Below, in pieces: positions 7,268 through 15,826 of a stretch of 64,000 nt of DNA (positions are counted from its first letter, which is position 1; the number at the start of each line of letters is the position of its first letter). The notes beneath the pieces were generated by a model. It did no database searches and was not told the DNA's origin. It saw nothing but the letters and a program-made list of their open reading frames with translations. The position numbers were made by a program, and so were the translations under genes. The stretch is from a virus (lineage: Duplodnaviria > Heunggongvirae > Uroviricota > Caudoviricetes): the IMG/VR virus record IMGVR_UViG_2823949316_000001, positions 5,531 through 69,530 of that record; one strand, written 5' to 3'.

Positions 7268-10150
7268 ATGGCTCAAGTACCAGCATCAACAATAGAAAGG
7301 GCAAAAGCTGACATCGTCGGTACGATTTCCAAGTACCTTGAACTCAAGAAAGTAGGCCAGGAATACGAGGCCTGCTGTCCATTCCATTCCGAGAAGACTC
7401 CGTCTTTCCGTGTCGTACCGGAAAAGCGCTTCTTCTACTGTTTCGGCTGCGGAGCTGGCGGTGATGCCACTGACTTCGTCCAAGACTTCGAAAGCATCGG
7501 CTTTCGTGATGCCATAGCGCGCATTGTTAATGACCAGTCCATTGGTGACGCCGTTCCCAAGGCCCGACAGACGGTCAAAAAAGAGGTCGAGGCCGAGTGG
7601 GAGCCAGTCGTTCCAGTGCCGGCCAATATCAAGCAGCGGCCCATGGATACCTTCAACCGTCGCAAGGGCGGTGAGTGGGAGAGGCTGGTCAGCAGCAAGC
7701 GCTGGGAGTACCGCGACGCCAATGGCGGACTGATCGGCTACATCTGCCGCTTCGAGCTGCCCGGTGGTGGCAAAGACGTCATCCCTCAGACCTACTGCGT
7801 TAACAAGCAGACCGGCGAGATGCGCTGGAAGTGGCTGTCGTTCGCGAAGCCGCGCCCGATCTATGGTCTCGACAAGCTGGCGAAGCATCCGCTCGCCCAG
7901 GTGATCCTCGCTGAGGGCGAGAAGGCGGCAGACGCCGCCCAGGCGCTGTACGAGGCGGCTGGCATCTCGCGTGACAAGCTGGTGGTGGTCTCCTGGCCGG
8001 GCGGCGGCAAGGCCGTGCCTCACGTCGACTGGTCACCCCTGGCGGGCCGCAACGTGGGCCTGTGGCCCGATGCCGACCAGAAGCCTTACGTCGACACGCA
8101 CCCCAAGGCCGGCCAGCTCATGCCCTTCATCGAGCAGCCGGGCGCCGTGTGCATGCTCGACATCGCCGAGCGCATCGAGGGTCAGGTCAACTCCCTGAAA
8201 TTCATCATGCCGCCGGAAGGTGTCGAGGATGGCTGGGATCTGGCCGACGCGCTGCCGGCCGGCTTCAACCTGCTGGCTCACACCCGGGCAGCAGCCATGC
8301 CGATCGCCGACTTCCGTGAGAAGCACGTTCCGGCCGCTGAGCCAGAGCAGATCATGCCCTGGGACGACGAGCCGGACGCTGATGACATCGCGCTGGCCTG
8401 TGGGGTCGATCCTGCGCCGGTCGCCGAGCAGCAGGCCCAGGCCCCAGCACCAGCCGCCCCGCAGCCGAAGCCGGCGCCGGGTGATGACTGGGAAGACCCG
8501 CTGATCAAGAACGGGCACTTCACCATCCTGGGCTACGACCGCGGCAAGTATTACTTCTTCGTCCACGAGAAGCGTCAGGTCATGGCCTACCAGAAGGGCG
8601 ACTTCAGCGACGCGGGCATGCTCGAGCTGGCTGAGATCAACTGGTGGGAGGAGCACTTCCCGGGCGAGCGGGGCAGCATGAACAAGAAGATGGCCCTGAA
8701 CTGGATCTTCCGCACCGCCAACCGCCGCGGCGTCTACGACCCGGAGCGCGTGCGCGGCCGCGGCGCCTGGACGGACAACAAGCGGGCCGTGTTCCACCAT
8801 GGCGGCCATCTCACCGTCGACGGCGTCTACACCGACATCACGGCCATGCGCTCTGCCTACGTCTACCAGGTCGAGCGGAGCATCCCGGCTCCAGCCGTCG
8901 AGCCCATGACCGACGAGGAGGGTTCCTGGCTGGTCAGCGTCGCCGAGATGGCCCGCTGGAGCATGGCCGGCAGTGCTGCCCTGCTCGCTGGCTTCGTCAT
9001 GCTCGCGCCGATCTGTGGCGCGCTGCCGTGGCGCTCGCACATCTGGCTGACCGGCGGCGCCGGGTCGGGCAAGTCCACCCTGCAGAGCAAATACGCGGCC
9101 TCGCTGCTGCGCGGCGTGTCGGTGTACGCCACCGGCGACAGTACCGAGCCCGGCATCCGCCAGAGCCTGCAAGCTGACTCCCTGCCGGTGCTGATCGACG
9201 AGATCGAGTCGAACAACGACAACGACAAGCGCCGCGTCGAGAACATCATCGGCATGATCCGCAAGACCTCGACCGAGAGCCAGGCCCAGACGCTGAAAGG
9301 CACTGTGTCCGGAGACGGCCAGAGCTTCCACGTCCGCTCCATGTTCTGCCTGGCGTCGATCAACGTGAACATGCCCAGCAAGGCCGACACCGACCGCCTG
9401 ACCAAGCTGGTGCTGCGCCCGCCGATCGCCGACAGCCGCGACCACTGGGACAAGCTCGAGGCCGAGCTGAACAAGATCGAGGAAGACGAGGACATTTCAA
9501 GCCGCCTGCTGGCGCGCGCCCTGGGCATGATGCCGGTCATCCTGGAGACCGTGAAGGTGTTCCGCCGGGCTGCCGCCAAGCACTTCGGCACCCAGCGCCA
9601 GGGCGACCAGTTCGGCACCCTGCTCGCCGGCTCCTGGTGCTTGCAGAAGAGTACCGTGCCTTCCGAGGAGGAGGCCATGGTGCTGATCCGCGGCTACAAC
9701 TGGAATGAGCACGTCGAGGACAACGACCAGGACGACGCGGCCCGCGCTGTCGAGGCCCTGCTGGGCGCCAAGCTGCGCGCCAAGAGCCTCGGCGGTAGCA
9801 CCGACGAGTACAGCGTCTACGAGCTGATCCGCGAGTGCTCTCCGATGCACCGCCACAACGTCATTGATGTCGGGGTCGCAGACGCGACCCTGAAGCGCCA
9901 CGGCATCCGCGTCGAGCACGCCACCGGCGAGCTGTGGTTCGGTACCAGCGTGACCAACCTGGTGCAGATGGCCAGCGGCATGTCCTTCGTCACCGACCTG
10001 CGCGGCCAGCTGCTCAGGGTCAAGGGCGCCAAGCGCATCAGCGGCAGCAAGAAGTTCAACGGCTCGGACAGCAAGGTGGTGAGCATCCCGCTGGATCCGA
10101 TCCTGGGCGATGAGAAGGAGGCGGGCAGCAGCGACGATCTGCCGATCTAG
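7268..10150 (+). CDS. Phage DNA primase (CHC2 zinc finger, DnaG-like) fused to a P-loop NTPase (helicase/origin-binding-like) domain, 960 aa
   Basis: N-terminal CCPFHSEKTPSFRV...FYCFGCGAGGD zinc finger. Central acidic, Pro-rich linker. C-terminal Walker A LTGGAGSGKST and Walker B VLIDEIE. Confidence 0.85.
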   Translation: MAQVPASTIERAKADIVGTISKYLELKKVGQEYEACCPFHSEKTPSFRVVPEKRFFYCFGCGAGGDATDFVQDFESIGFRDAIARIVNDQSIGDAVPKARQTVKKEVEAEWEPVVPVPANIKQRPMDTFNRRKGGEWERLVSSKRWEYRDANGGLIGYICRFELPGGGKDVIPQTYCVNKQTGEMRWKWLSFAKPRPIYGLDKLAKHPLAQVILAEGEKAADAAQALYEAAGISRDKLVVVSWPGGGKAVPHVDWSPLAGRNVGLWPDADQKPYVDTHPKAGQLMPFIEQPGAVCMLDIAERIEGQVNSLKFIMPPEGVEDGWDLADALPAGFNLLAHTRAAAMPIADFREKHVPAAEPEQIMPWDDEPDADDIALACGVDPAPVAEQQAQAPAPAAPQPKPAPGDDWEDPLIKNGHFTILGYDRGKYYFFVHEKRQVMAYQKGDFSDAGMLELAEINWWEEHFPGERGSMNKKMALNWIFRTANRRGVYDPERVRGRGAWTDNKRAVFHHGGHLTVDGVYTDITAMRSAYVYQVERSIPAPAVEPMTDEEGSWLVSVAEMARWSMAGSAALLAGFVMLAPICGALPWRSHIWLTGGAGSGKSTLQSKYAASLLRGVSVYATGDSTEPGIRQSLQADSLPVLIDEIESNNDNDKRRVENIIGMIRKTSTESQAQTLKGTVSGDGQSFHVRSMFCLASINVNMPSKADTDRLTKLVLRPPIADSRDHWDKLEAELNKIEEDEDISSRLLARALGMMPVILETVKVFRRAAAKHFGTQRQGDQFGTLLAGSWCLQKSTVPSEEEAMVLIRGYNWNEHVEDNDQDDAARAVEALLGAKLRAKSLGGSTDEYSVYELIRECSPMHRHNVIDVGVADATLKRHGIRVEHATGELWFGTSVTNLVQMASGMSFVTDLRGQLLRVKGAKRISGSKKFNGSDSKVVSIPLDPILGDEKEAGSSDDLPI

Positions 10151-10164
10151 AGATCAGGGGTAGA

Positions 10165-10192
10165 GAAAAGCCGGCGCTAAGCCGGCTTTTTC
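10165..10192 (+). terminator. Rho-independent terminator after primase gene (A-run on the 5' side as well, so possibly bidirectional)
   Basis: AAAAGCCGGC-GCTAA-GCCGGCTTTTTC. Confidence 0.6.
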
Positions 10193-10355
10193 TTGCCCCG
10201 CAACATCCCAAAGTCTGCCCATAGATCCTCGCTCGCGCCGCAGTCGCAGCATTCCCTGATTCTCCGGCTGTGGTAGTAGATCCAAGCGTGTTTGCCGCGG
10301 CAGGCAGGCCCTGTCGGCCGCCAATCCCAGACGTCTTTCATCGTTGCTCCAGGTA

Positions 10356-10378
10356 TAAAAAAGCCGCCTTTCGGCGGC
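10356..10378 (-). terminator. Rho-independent terminator ending the leftward 12629->10393 operon
   Basis: On the minus strand: CAGCCGCC-GAAA-GGCGGCTTTTTT. Confidence 0.55.
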
Positions 10379-10392
10379 TGTGGTTGGTGGGA

Positions 10393-10614
10393 CTATTGTG
10401 CCCGATTTCGCGGTGGCGGCATACCCAGTCGGATGGCCAGGTCATCGCAGACCCGGGCGACCCGCTCCCGCATTGCGCGGGCCTCGGCGTCGCGCTGGGC
10501 GGCCGCGGCTCGCCAGTCGAAGGTGGATGCCGCCGCCGGCGCCTGACGCAGCGTGTCACCGGCCCGCGCCTGGGCGCTGTCGGCGTAGAGGTCGAGCTGG
10601 TCAGTCACTGGCAT
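10393..10614 (-). CDS. Hypothetical small protein (73 aa, MPVTDQLDLYADSAQARAG...)
   Basis: Its ATG overlaps the upstream stop within CCATGCCAGTGA. It is the in-frame 3' part of ORF 10393..10779. Confidence 0.4.
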   Translation of the reverse strand: MPVTDQLDLYADSAQARAGDTLRQAPAAASTFDWRAAAAQRDAEARAMRERVARVCDDLAIRLGMPPPRNRAQ

Positions 10615-10772
10615 GGCTCCTTGGCGATGACGGCAATGGCCTGCAGCAGGCGGAGTTTCGCCGCCAGCGTCTCCTGCTTGCGAGTCGAGCGCTGAGCTTT
10701 TGGGCAGCGGTACTCCATGCGCACCGCGCGCTCCAGGCCGTCGACCAGGCCGCGCAGGCGGGGAGGGGTCAT
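10605..10772 (-). CDS. Hypothetical small protein (55 aa, MTPPRLRGLVDGLERAVRMEY...)
   Basis: ATGA overlap with the stop of the upstream 159-aa gene, and its stop overlaps the downstream start. Too short to appear in the ORF track. Confidence 0.35.
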   Translation of the reverse strand: MTPPRLRGLVDGLERAVRMEYRCPKAQRSTRKQETLAAKLRLLQAIAVIAKEPCQ

Positions 10773-11248
10773 GCGGCACCTTCCTGCTGGGCGCGGTGGG
10801 CGGCGAGGGCTGCGCGCGCTACGTTGCCGTAATTTCCTCGGCTGGTAGACTCGTAGAACTCCAGCGCAGAAACCAGCCCGCTCATGTCCTGCGCTGCTGG
10901 CTGCTCACCGCTTACAGGGTGCGGGGCGGCGGCGAGCAATCTCTCAAGCACGCTACTCAGGTAGGAAGATGACGCCGCTATGTCCTCCATGTAGCCAAGC
11001 GCACTGCGCCCCGCCTCGTAATCGACAGCGGCCTTATCAACCAGGCGGTACACCTTCCTAGCTGCGTGCAGCATAGTGGTCAGCTCAAGCCGACTTGGAT
11101 TGCTCGACGCCTCCCCGCCTGCCGGCAACTGGGCGCGGGCTTGCCAGATACGCCATGCAACTTCTCGGACAGTTGTGCTCTGGCTACCGCAAGCTGTTTC
11201 GTATGCCGCCTCGAACAGCGCGCGCTCTTGATCGTTGTGGTTACTCAT
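10769..11248 (-). CDS. Hypothetical protein (159 aa, MSNHNDQERALFEAAYETACGS...)
   Basis: In-frame ATG within ORF 10769..11533. Start/stop overlap ATGAGTAA with the upstream Cys-rich gene. Confidence 0.5.
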   Translation of the reverse strand: MSNHNDQERALFEAAYETACGSQSTTVREVAWRIWQARAQLPAGGEASSNPSRLELTTMLHAARKVYRLVDKAAVDYEAGRSALGYMEDIAASSSYLSSVLERLLAAAPHPVSGEQPAAQDMSGLVSALEFYESTSRGNYGNVARAALAAHRAQQEGAA

Positions 11249-12302
11249 GGCGCTGGGCCTCGGTAGGATAGGCCCACGGCCCGGTGTAGTCGCTGAAGTG
11301 GGTGCAGCACTCACGGCGGAAGCAGCGCGTCTTGCAGTCGTGGTGGCATGTGCCGCCGTCAATGCAGCGCTCACCAAGCACCTCCCCATCGCCGACGTTG
11401 GTGGGCTCTGCGCTGGCGGATAGCAGATAATCCGTCTTGCGCCGCAGGTTGTTGATGGCAGGTGATGACTTGCCAAGGTCGGTGTCCAGCCAGTCACGCA
11501 ATATAGCGAACGCCGCATCGCGCTTTCGCTCAATGCCGTTTAGCTCTACGAGCGAATTACGCAGATCGGCCGCATGACGCTCAGCCGCATCGGCGCGCTG
11601 GATTGCGGCTTCGAGTTGACCTTCAAGTTCAGCGGCCTTTTTGAGCACTTTCAGACAGTTGCTGGCCCACCTTTCTTTGTCGGCCAGCAGCCGCTCCCCC
11701 TCGGACGGGTCGGCGTGGGTGAAGAGCGGCCCCAGCTTGGCTATCTCGTCAAGACATTGATTCCAAGTACCATGCCCGTGCTCAGCTATCTCTTGAGTGT
11801 CTTTGCGTTTTGGCAGCGTCACCGGCTGCTGCTCGGACAACGGCTCCCCGTCTTTCAAGCGTTCAATCTCCGGCTCTGTCAACCCTTTGGTGCCACGCCC
11901 AGGAAAACCGCAGTCACGGTTGGGGCAGTAGATGGTACATACGCCGGTAACGCACAATTTCGTACCGCAAAGGCGGCAGAATGTGCCGCCTTTTACCCAC
12001 GCCACCGGCTCCTGCTCAGGCGCGGCGCCAACCTGCTTACATGAGCATGGCAAGCGCCCTTGGTTGCAATCACACGTTTTTGCTTGCTCCGGCGCGGCGC
12101 TGGCCTGGGCCTGCTTCACCTGGTGCAGCTCCTCAGCCAGACGAGCGTTGCGGCCAGCCATGTCGACCGCGGCCCACTCCATGCCGGCGAGGATGGTCTG
12201 CTGCAGCCGGGCGGTGGCCTGGGCGCTAGGTCGGCCAGGATCTTGGGCCAAGCCCTGCGCCAGCTCGAAGGCCTTCAAATCCATTTCAGCGCGCGTGTTC
12301 AT
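11241..12302 (-). CDS. Cys-rich (putative metal-binding) protein, 353 aa, with coiled-coil middle region
   Basis: In-frame ATG (MNTRAEMDLKAFELAQ...) within ORF 11241..12383. Three Cys clusters: CDCNQGRLPCSCKQ, CRLCGTKLCVTGVCTIYCPNRDCGF, CIDGGTCHHDCKTRCFRRECCTHF. The start overlaps the stop of the 37-aa gene (ATGA). Confidence 0.6.
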   Translation of the reverse strand: MNTRAEMDLKAFELAQGLAQDPGRPSAQATARLQQTILAGMEWAAVDMAGRNARLAEELHQVKQAQASAAPEQAKTCDCNQGRLPCSCKQVGAAPEQEPVAWVKGGTFCRLCGTKLCVTGVCTIYCPNRDCGFPGRGTKGLTEPEIERLKDGEPLSEQQPVTLPKRKDTQEIAEHGHGTWNQCLDEIAKLGPLFTHADPSEGERLLADKERWASNCLKVLKKAAELEGQLEAAIQRADAAERHAADLRNSLVELNGIERKRDAAFAILRDWLDTDLGKSSPAINNLRRKTDYLLSASAEPTNVGDGEVLGERCIDGGTCHHDCKTRCFRRECCTHFSDYTGPWAYPTEAQRHE

Positions 12303-12412
12303 GCCAGCCACCCCGCGACGTCCAGCAGGTTGACGGTGATCACCGCCGCAAGGCTGACGGCCATGAAGGTGATGATCTTCCACTTTGCGATTTGCGTCTC
12401 TGCGTTGCGCAT
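12299..12412 (-). CDS. Small hydrophobic protein (37 aa, MRNAETQIAKWKIITFMAVSLAAVITVNLLDVAGWLA)
   Basis: RBS GGAAAGGAAG immediately 5' of the ATG. One predicted TM helix. Coupled to the downstream Cys-rich gene. Confidence 0.4.
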   Translation of the reverse strand: MRNAETQIAKWKIITFMAVSLAAVITVNLLDVAGWLA

Positions 12413-12422
12413 CTTCCTTTCC

Positions 12423-12629
12423 TCACTGAGCGTGTTGTTGAGCGCACCGGTCGACGGTGCGCGTGAAGGTCTTGAGGTCTTTCCCGACGCCGTGCTGAGT
12501 GTACGGCGCCGGGCAATTGTGAGGGGGCTCCGCCATCGGTACCGGGCCGGCGATGATCGGGGCGAGTAATGCCCAGGTCAGCCAGGTGGTACATATGGCC
12601 ATGACATGGCCGGCGATGAGTTTCGGCAT
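12423..12629 (-). CDS. Small membrane protein (68 aa, MPKLIAGHVMAICTTWLTWALLAPIIAGPVPM...)
   Basis: In-frame ATG in ORF 12423..12860 with an AAGGGGCAACG RBS. N-terminal TM helix. First gene downstream of the operator/promoter at 12670. Confidence 0.45.
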   Translation of the reverse strand: MPKLIAGHVMAICTTWLTWALLAPIIAGPVPMAEPPHNCPAPYTQHGVGKDLKTFTRTVDRCAQQHAQ

Positions 12630-12668
12630 TGCGTTGCCCCTTGTATTTGTTGGGGCAATACTACGCCA

Positions 12669-12685
12669 TTGCTCAAATTTGAGCA
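12669..12685. promoter_or_regulatory. Perfect 16-bp palindromic operator TGCTCAAATTTGAGCA with minus-strand -10-like TAGTAT 5 bp downstream
   Basis: Lies between the end of a 62-aa gene and the start of the leftward operon at 12629. Same family as the sites at 15686 and 16492. Confidence 0.6.
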
Positions 12686-12709
12686 CGAGAACGCTTAGAA
12701 TGTTTTCTT

Positions 12710-12898
12710 CTATGCGTTGCTGTGAGCTGCGGTAAAAGTATTGATCTCGTTCGCCAGCTTCTGCGCACCGATGGTCGGATGGCGGCTGACGATGATCTTG
12801 GCCTGGCGCAGGAGGCGCATGGCTTCGTCGGTGTCGAAGGGAGCAGACGCACCAGCGCACTGGGCTTCGATGCGGCGTTGAGCAGCTGACTTGTCCAT
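12710..12898 (-). CDS. Hypothetical small protein (62 aa, MDKSAAQRRIEAQCAGASAPFDTDEAMRLLRQAK...)
   Basis: In-frame ATG in ORF 12710..13117. Weak call. Confidence 0.3.
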   Translation of the reverse strand: MDKSAAQRRIEAQCAGASAPFDTDEAMRLLRQAKIIVSRHPTIGAQKLANEINTFTAAHSNA

Positions 12899-12947
12899 GG
12901 CGGGAACTCGGCAGGAGGTGGGCTCACTGCCGAGTTTGGTGTCACGA

Positions 12948-14036
12948 TCAGTCGGGGCGCTTGCCCAGGGCGACGATCTGGTTCGGGGCCTTGGCCCAGC
13001 CCTGCAGCTCGGCGCGAGTGAATTTCCCGGCGTCCATCTGCTCGGCGGCGTACCCACTGAAGCCTGCGCAGTGATAGAGCTTGTGCTCGGTATGCCATAG
13101 GCAGAACACCGGCTCACCTGGCGGCCAGATCAGGTCGCGCAGCACCTCGGCGCGGCGGTAGTCCATTCGCGCCACGGCGGCGTTCAGCTCGCTCTCCAGG
13201 CGCTTGCGACGCAGAGACTTGTTGCGCTTGCAGCGCAGGTCGCCTGGGTTGTCGACATAAAGCTCGAAGCTGGCTTCGTTGGTGACAGCATACTTGCCGC
13301 TGACCACCCACCACATGTTGTTGATGTTGTAGTGGGCGATGCCGGTCTGCGCGCGACCCTTCCGGTCGAAGAAGTAGACGGGCTGGCCATGCTCGAGCAG
13401 CTTGCCATCGGCTGACTTGCGGTTGCTGTTGAAGCAGCTGGAGAGGCCAGGGCTGCTATTGGCGTCGCGGTAGGCCTGCCAGTCTCCCTTGAAGTGCCAG
13501 CTCTCGGAATAGCAGCCATTCAGGTATTCCATAGCCGTTGGCGGCTTGAGTCCGCGCCGCCGTGAACCTCGTCCAGGGCTCTGCTCTTCGAAGGTATAGC
13601 CGATGAACACGTTACAGAGGTAATCGCGGATCCGGCGCCGGGTTCGCTCCATCTCCAGGCGCAGAAGGTAAGGTGCGACGGCTTCTTTGTTCGACTCGTA
13701 GCGGCCCTTGTGATCTGGCCTGGTCGGGGTATTAGCCGACTGCCACATTTCCAGCCTGATGCAGCGCCCACTGAGATCCAGCAGGGCGTGCAGGTGTTCA
13801 CCCTTGCTGCATGTGCGATGGTTGTTGGCGATGATTTTATATTGATCAGCTTCATCCCACGGGCCGACAGTCCAGCCGATGCGGTTCAGTTGCTGGATGA
13901 TCCGAGCGAAAACTTCCCGCTTGAACTTCTTCCCCCAAGCGGTGCGCTCTTCCCAGCTCCCGCCCAGGCCTTCCTCCGAGATATACAGGGCGGCATCGCC
14001 GAAGCGGACAGTGCCCTGTCGATTGATTTGTGGCAT
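12948..14036 (-). CDS. Hypothetical protein (362 aa)
   Basis: ORF-track protein with balanced composition. Its start is preceded by TAAGGAAAGGAAATG and an upstream GCGCCCC-AGC-GGGGCGC hairpin. Confidence 0.7.
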   Translation of the reverse strand: MPQINRQGTVRFGDAALYISEEGLGGSWEERTAWGKKFKREVFARIIQQLNRIGWTVGPWDEADQYKIIANNHRTCSKGEHLHALLDLSGRCIRLEMWQSANTPTRPDHKGRYESNKEAVAPYLLRLEMERTRRRIRDYLCNVFIGYTFEEQSPGRGSRRRGLKPPTAMEYLNGCYSESWHFKGDWQAYRDANSSPGLSSCFNSNRKSADGKLLEHGQPVYFFDRKGRAQTGIAHYNINNMWWVVSGKYAVTNEASFELYVDNPGDLRCKRNKSLRRKRLESELNAAVARMDYRRAEVLRDLIWPPGEPVFCLWHTEHKLYHCAGFSGYAAEQMDAGKFTRAELQGWAKAPNQIVALGKRPD

Positions 14037-14074
14037 TTCCTTTCCTTAGCGCCCCAGCGGGGCGCGGTAGTTGA

Positions 14075-14686
14075 TCAGGACGCGGCCTGCAGCGCGTCGT
14101 TGTGCTTCTTGATTTCAGCGTGCAGGGCTCGCTCCGTCACCTCGACGAACCCGTCTGGGATGACAACCGGGGCGGCTTCCGTCGAGTCGTCATCGCGGTA
14201 TGGCAGGCTGCATGCGACCATCGTCTTTCCGTGGAGCAGGTAGGTCGATGCGTAATTGATCGAGCGGCCACTGAACACGCCGTCTGGCAGGCCAAGGCGA
14301 GCCGCGAAAACCGTGTCGATGGTCGGCCGACGGTATGAATTGGCGCCCTTCAGCTCATCGGGAATCGCGGGGGCACCCTCGCACAGGGTGTCGTAGAACT
14401 TCTTGCCGCGGCCCCGGACGGTGTACTTGAAGTAGTAGACCCCGTTCTCGCAGATGCGCTCGCCGCCCTTGAAGTCAGCGAGCGACGGGCCTACGCGCGG
14501 CGGGTTCTCTTCCTGGCAACGCTTGCAGAAGAACATGGGCACGCTGAATGGGTGCATGCCGAGCTCGTCGAATCCGAGCGCTTCGACCTTCTCCTTGAAG
14601 AACCGATAGCGGTTGGCGGCCTGGGCAGTGATTTCCTTGAGCACTTCAACGTGACGCGGGTCTGTCGAGGTGATGTAGTAGCGCAT
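14075..14686 (-). CDS. Hypothetical protein (203 aa, MRYYITSTDPRHVEVLKEITAQ...)
   Basis: Real start is an in-frame ATG at 14686, preceded by TAAGGAAAGGAAATG and a GCGGCC-AGC-GGCCGC hairpin. The upstream 224 codons of ORF 14075..15358 are Pro/Arg/His-rich read-through of other genes. Confidence 0.7.
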   Translation of the reverse strand: MRYYITSTDPRHVEVLKEITAQAANRYRFFKEKVEALGFDELGMHPFSVPMFFCKRCQEENPPRVGPSLADFKGGERICENGVYYFKYTVRGRGKKFYDTLCEGAPAIPDELKGANSYRRPTIDTVFAARLGLPDGVFSGRSINYASTYLLHGKTMVACSLPYRDDDSTEAAPVVIPDGFVEVTERALHAEIKKHNDALQAAS

Positions 14687-14727
14687 TTCCTTTCCTAAGC
14701 GGCCAGCGGCCGCGGTGTTGGTGGTCG

Positions 14728-15027
14728 TTATGCTGCTGCGAAGTGATGGCTGCCGACGCTGACGGCGACGATGCGGCGCCCGGCGCGGTACTCGGTTGCG
14801 GTGGTGGCGGTGTTGTAGCGGGTGCGCAGCCGGCCTGCGGTGGTCAGCGGCAGCAGGATCTTGTCCAGCTGTTCGGTGGTGACGGCGATGATCTTGCGCT
14901 TCATGGTGCGTTCCTTGATGTAGGAGGAGGCTTCCGCTTCCGTGGTGAATACAGCGAGCAGGCGGCCAGTGGTCACGCGGGTGACGCGGTGCAGGCCAGC
15001 GCAGTCGACGGTGATGGCGAGGGTCAC
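14728..15027 (-). CDS. Hypothetical protein (about 99 aa, ...TLAITVDCAGLHRVTRVTTGRLLAVFTTEAEASSYIKERTMKRKIIAV...)
   Basis: GTG start overlapping the upstream stop (GTGA). An alternative in-frame GTG lies at 15036. It is the 3' part of ORF 14728..15171. Confidence 0.4.
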   Translation of the reverse strand: MTLAITVDCAGLHRVTRVTTGRLLAVFTTEAEASSYIKERTMKRKIIAVTTEQLDKILLPLTTAGRLRTRYNTATTATEYRAGRRIVAVSVGSHHFAAA

Positions 15028-15383
15028 AGCTTGCACCCTGCAGCCAGGACAGCAGAGGTGCGGTGCACGTCGCCTTGGGTGCCCAGGCCAACCAGGGCAG
15101 AGCGGGCGGCGCGCTCGCTGTCGAAGGTATTGCCCTCGACGCCGGCCTCCTCGTCCGCCAGCTCGAACCAAGCCTTGCCGAAGCGGCCGTGGTGGAGCTT
15201 GCCGATAATGAAGGGTTTGGTTGGCAGCAATTTGCCTTCGGCCTGCAGCTCGGCGATGGTCGGGCCGGTGGCGACCAGGGCGTCGAAGTCGACGGTGGTG
15301 GCGGGTGCCTGGCCGGCGTTGACGCGCACGATGGCGCCCGCGTCTTCCAGCTGCTCAAGCATGAGTTGGGTTTGCGTATTCAT
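15024..15383 (-). CDS. Hypothetical protein (119 aa, MNTQTQLMLEQLEDAGAIVRVNAG...)
   Basis: ORF-track protein. GAGGATCAACCCGCC RBS. A GCCCC-TTAACT-GGGGC hairpin lies upstream. Confidence 0.55.
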   Translation of the reverse strand: MNTQTQLMLEQLEDAGAIVRVNAGQAPATTVDFDALVATGPTIAELQAEGKLLPTKPFIIGKLHHGRFGKAWFELADEEAGVEGNTFDSERAARSALVGLGTQGDVHRTSAVLAAGCKL

Positions 15384-15460
15384 GGCGGGTTGATCCTCGC
15401 TCGTGTGTTGGCTGGTACTGCCAAAGCCCCAGTTAAGGGGCGTGTGGGTGGCGGGGTTGG

Positions 15461-15634
15461 TTACTCAGCGAGCATGTAACCTTCGCCGTCAACAACAAAG
15501 CGGCTTCCATCCTTGAGCAGATAGATGCGGCTGCCGTCTTCAGCATCGATAATTTGATTGCTGAGCATGCGCGCCTGAATACGTGCACCAGTAACGCTTT
15601 TTGCGGTCTCGAGGATGTCTTGTGCGTCGGTCAT
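15461..15634 (-). CDS. Hypothetical small protein (57 aa, MTDAQDILETAKSVTGARIQARMLSNQIIDAEDG...)
   Basis: In-frame ATG with strong CTGGAGGGCAAGACG RBS. First gene downstream of the promoter/operator at 15686. Confidence 0.45.
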   Translation of the reverse strand: MTDAQDILETAKSVTGARIQARMLSNQIIDAEDGSRIYLLKDGSRFVVDGEGYMLAE

Positions 15635-15685
15635 CGTCTTGCCCTCCAGGGCGTTGTTCGTTTCGATGGGGCAATTATGCTTGAG

Positions 15686-15703
15686 TTGATCAAATTTGAT
15701 CAA
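15686..15703. promoter_or_regulatory. Perfect 18-bp palindrome TTGATCAAATTTGATCAA overlapping a leftward sigma70-like promoter (-35 TTGATC, 18-nt spacer, -10 CATAAT)
   Basis: Read on the minus strand: TTGATCAAATTTGATCAACTCAAGCATAAT, then a GGAGGG RBS and the start of the gene at 15634. Confidence 0.65.
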
Positions 15704-15826
15704 GCAACGCATTAGATCAGTTTGGCATAAGAGCGTGCGAATACTGGCTTGCCATCATCAGCGGGCGGGTAGCCATCCCGGCCCGGACAACCCCAGCTCG
15801 GTGCAAGCCTGGGGCGGTTTCGGCGG

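Noticed and set aside
8033-9445. 470-aa minus-strand ORF inside the primase gene (also 7286..8023, 8863..9678)
   Set aside because: Antisense to the primase/NTPase ORF, which has clear zinc-finger and Walker motifs. Composition artefact.
14075-15358. Full 427-aa frame as one gene
   Set aside because: Only the 3' 612 nt (from the ATG at 14686 with TAAGGAAAGGAAATG) look coding. The 5' 224 codons are Pro/Arg/His/Ala-rich and overlap two other leftward genes in different frames.
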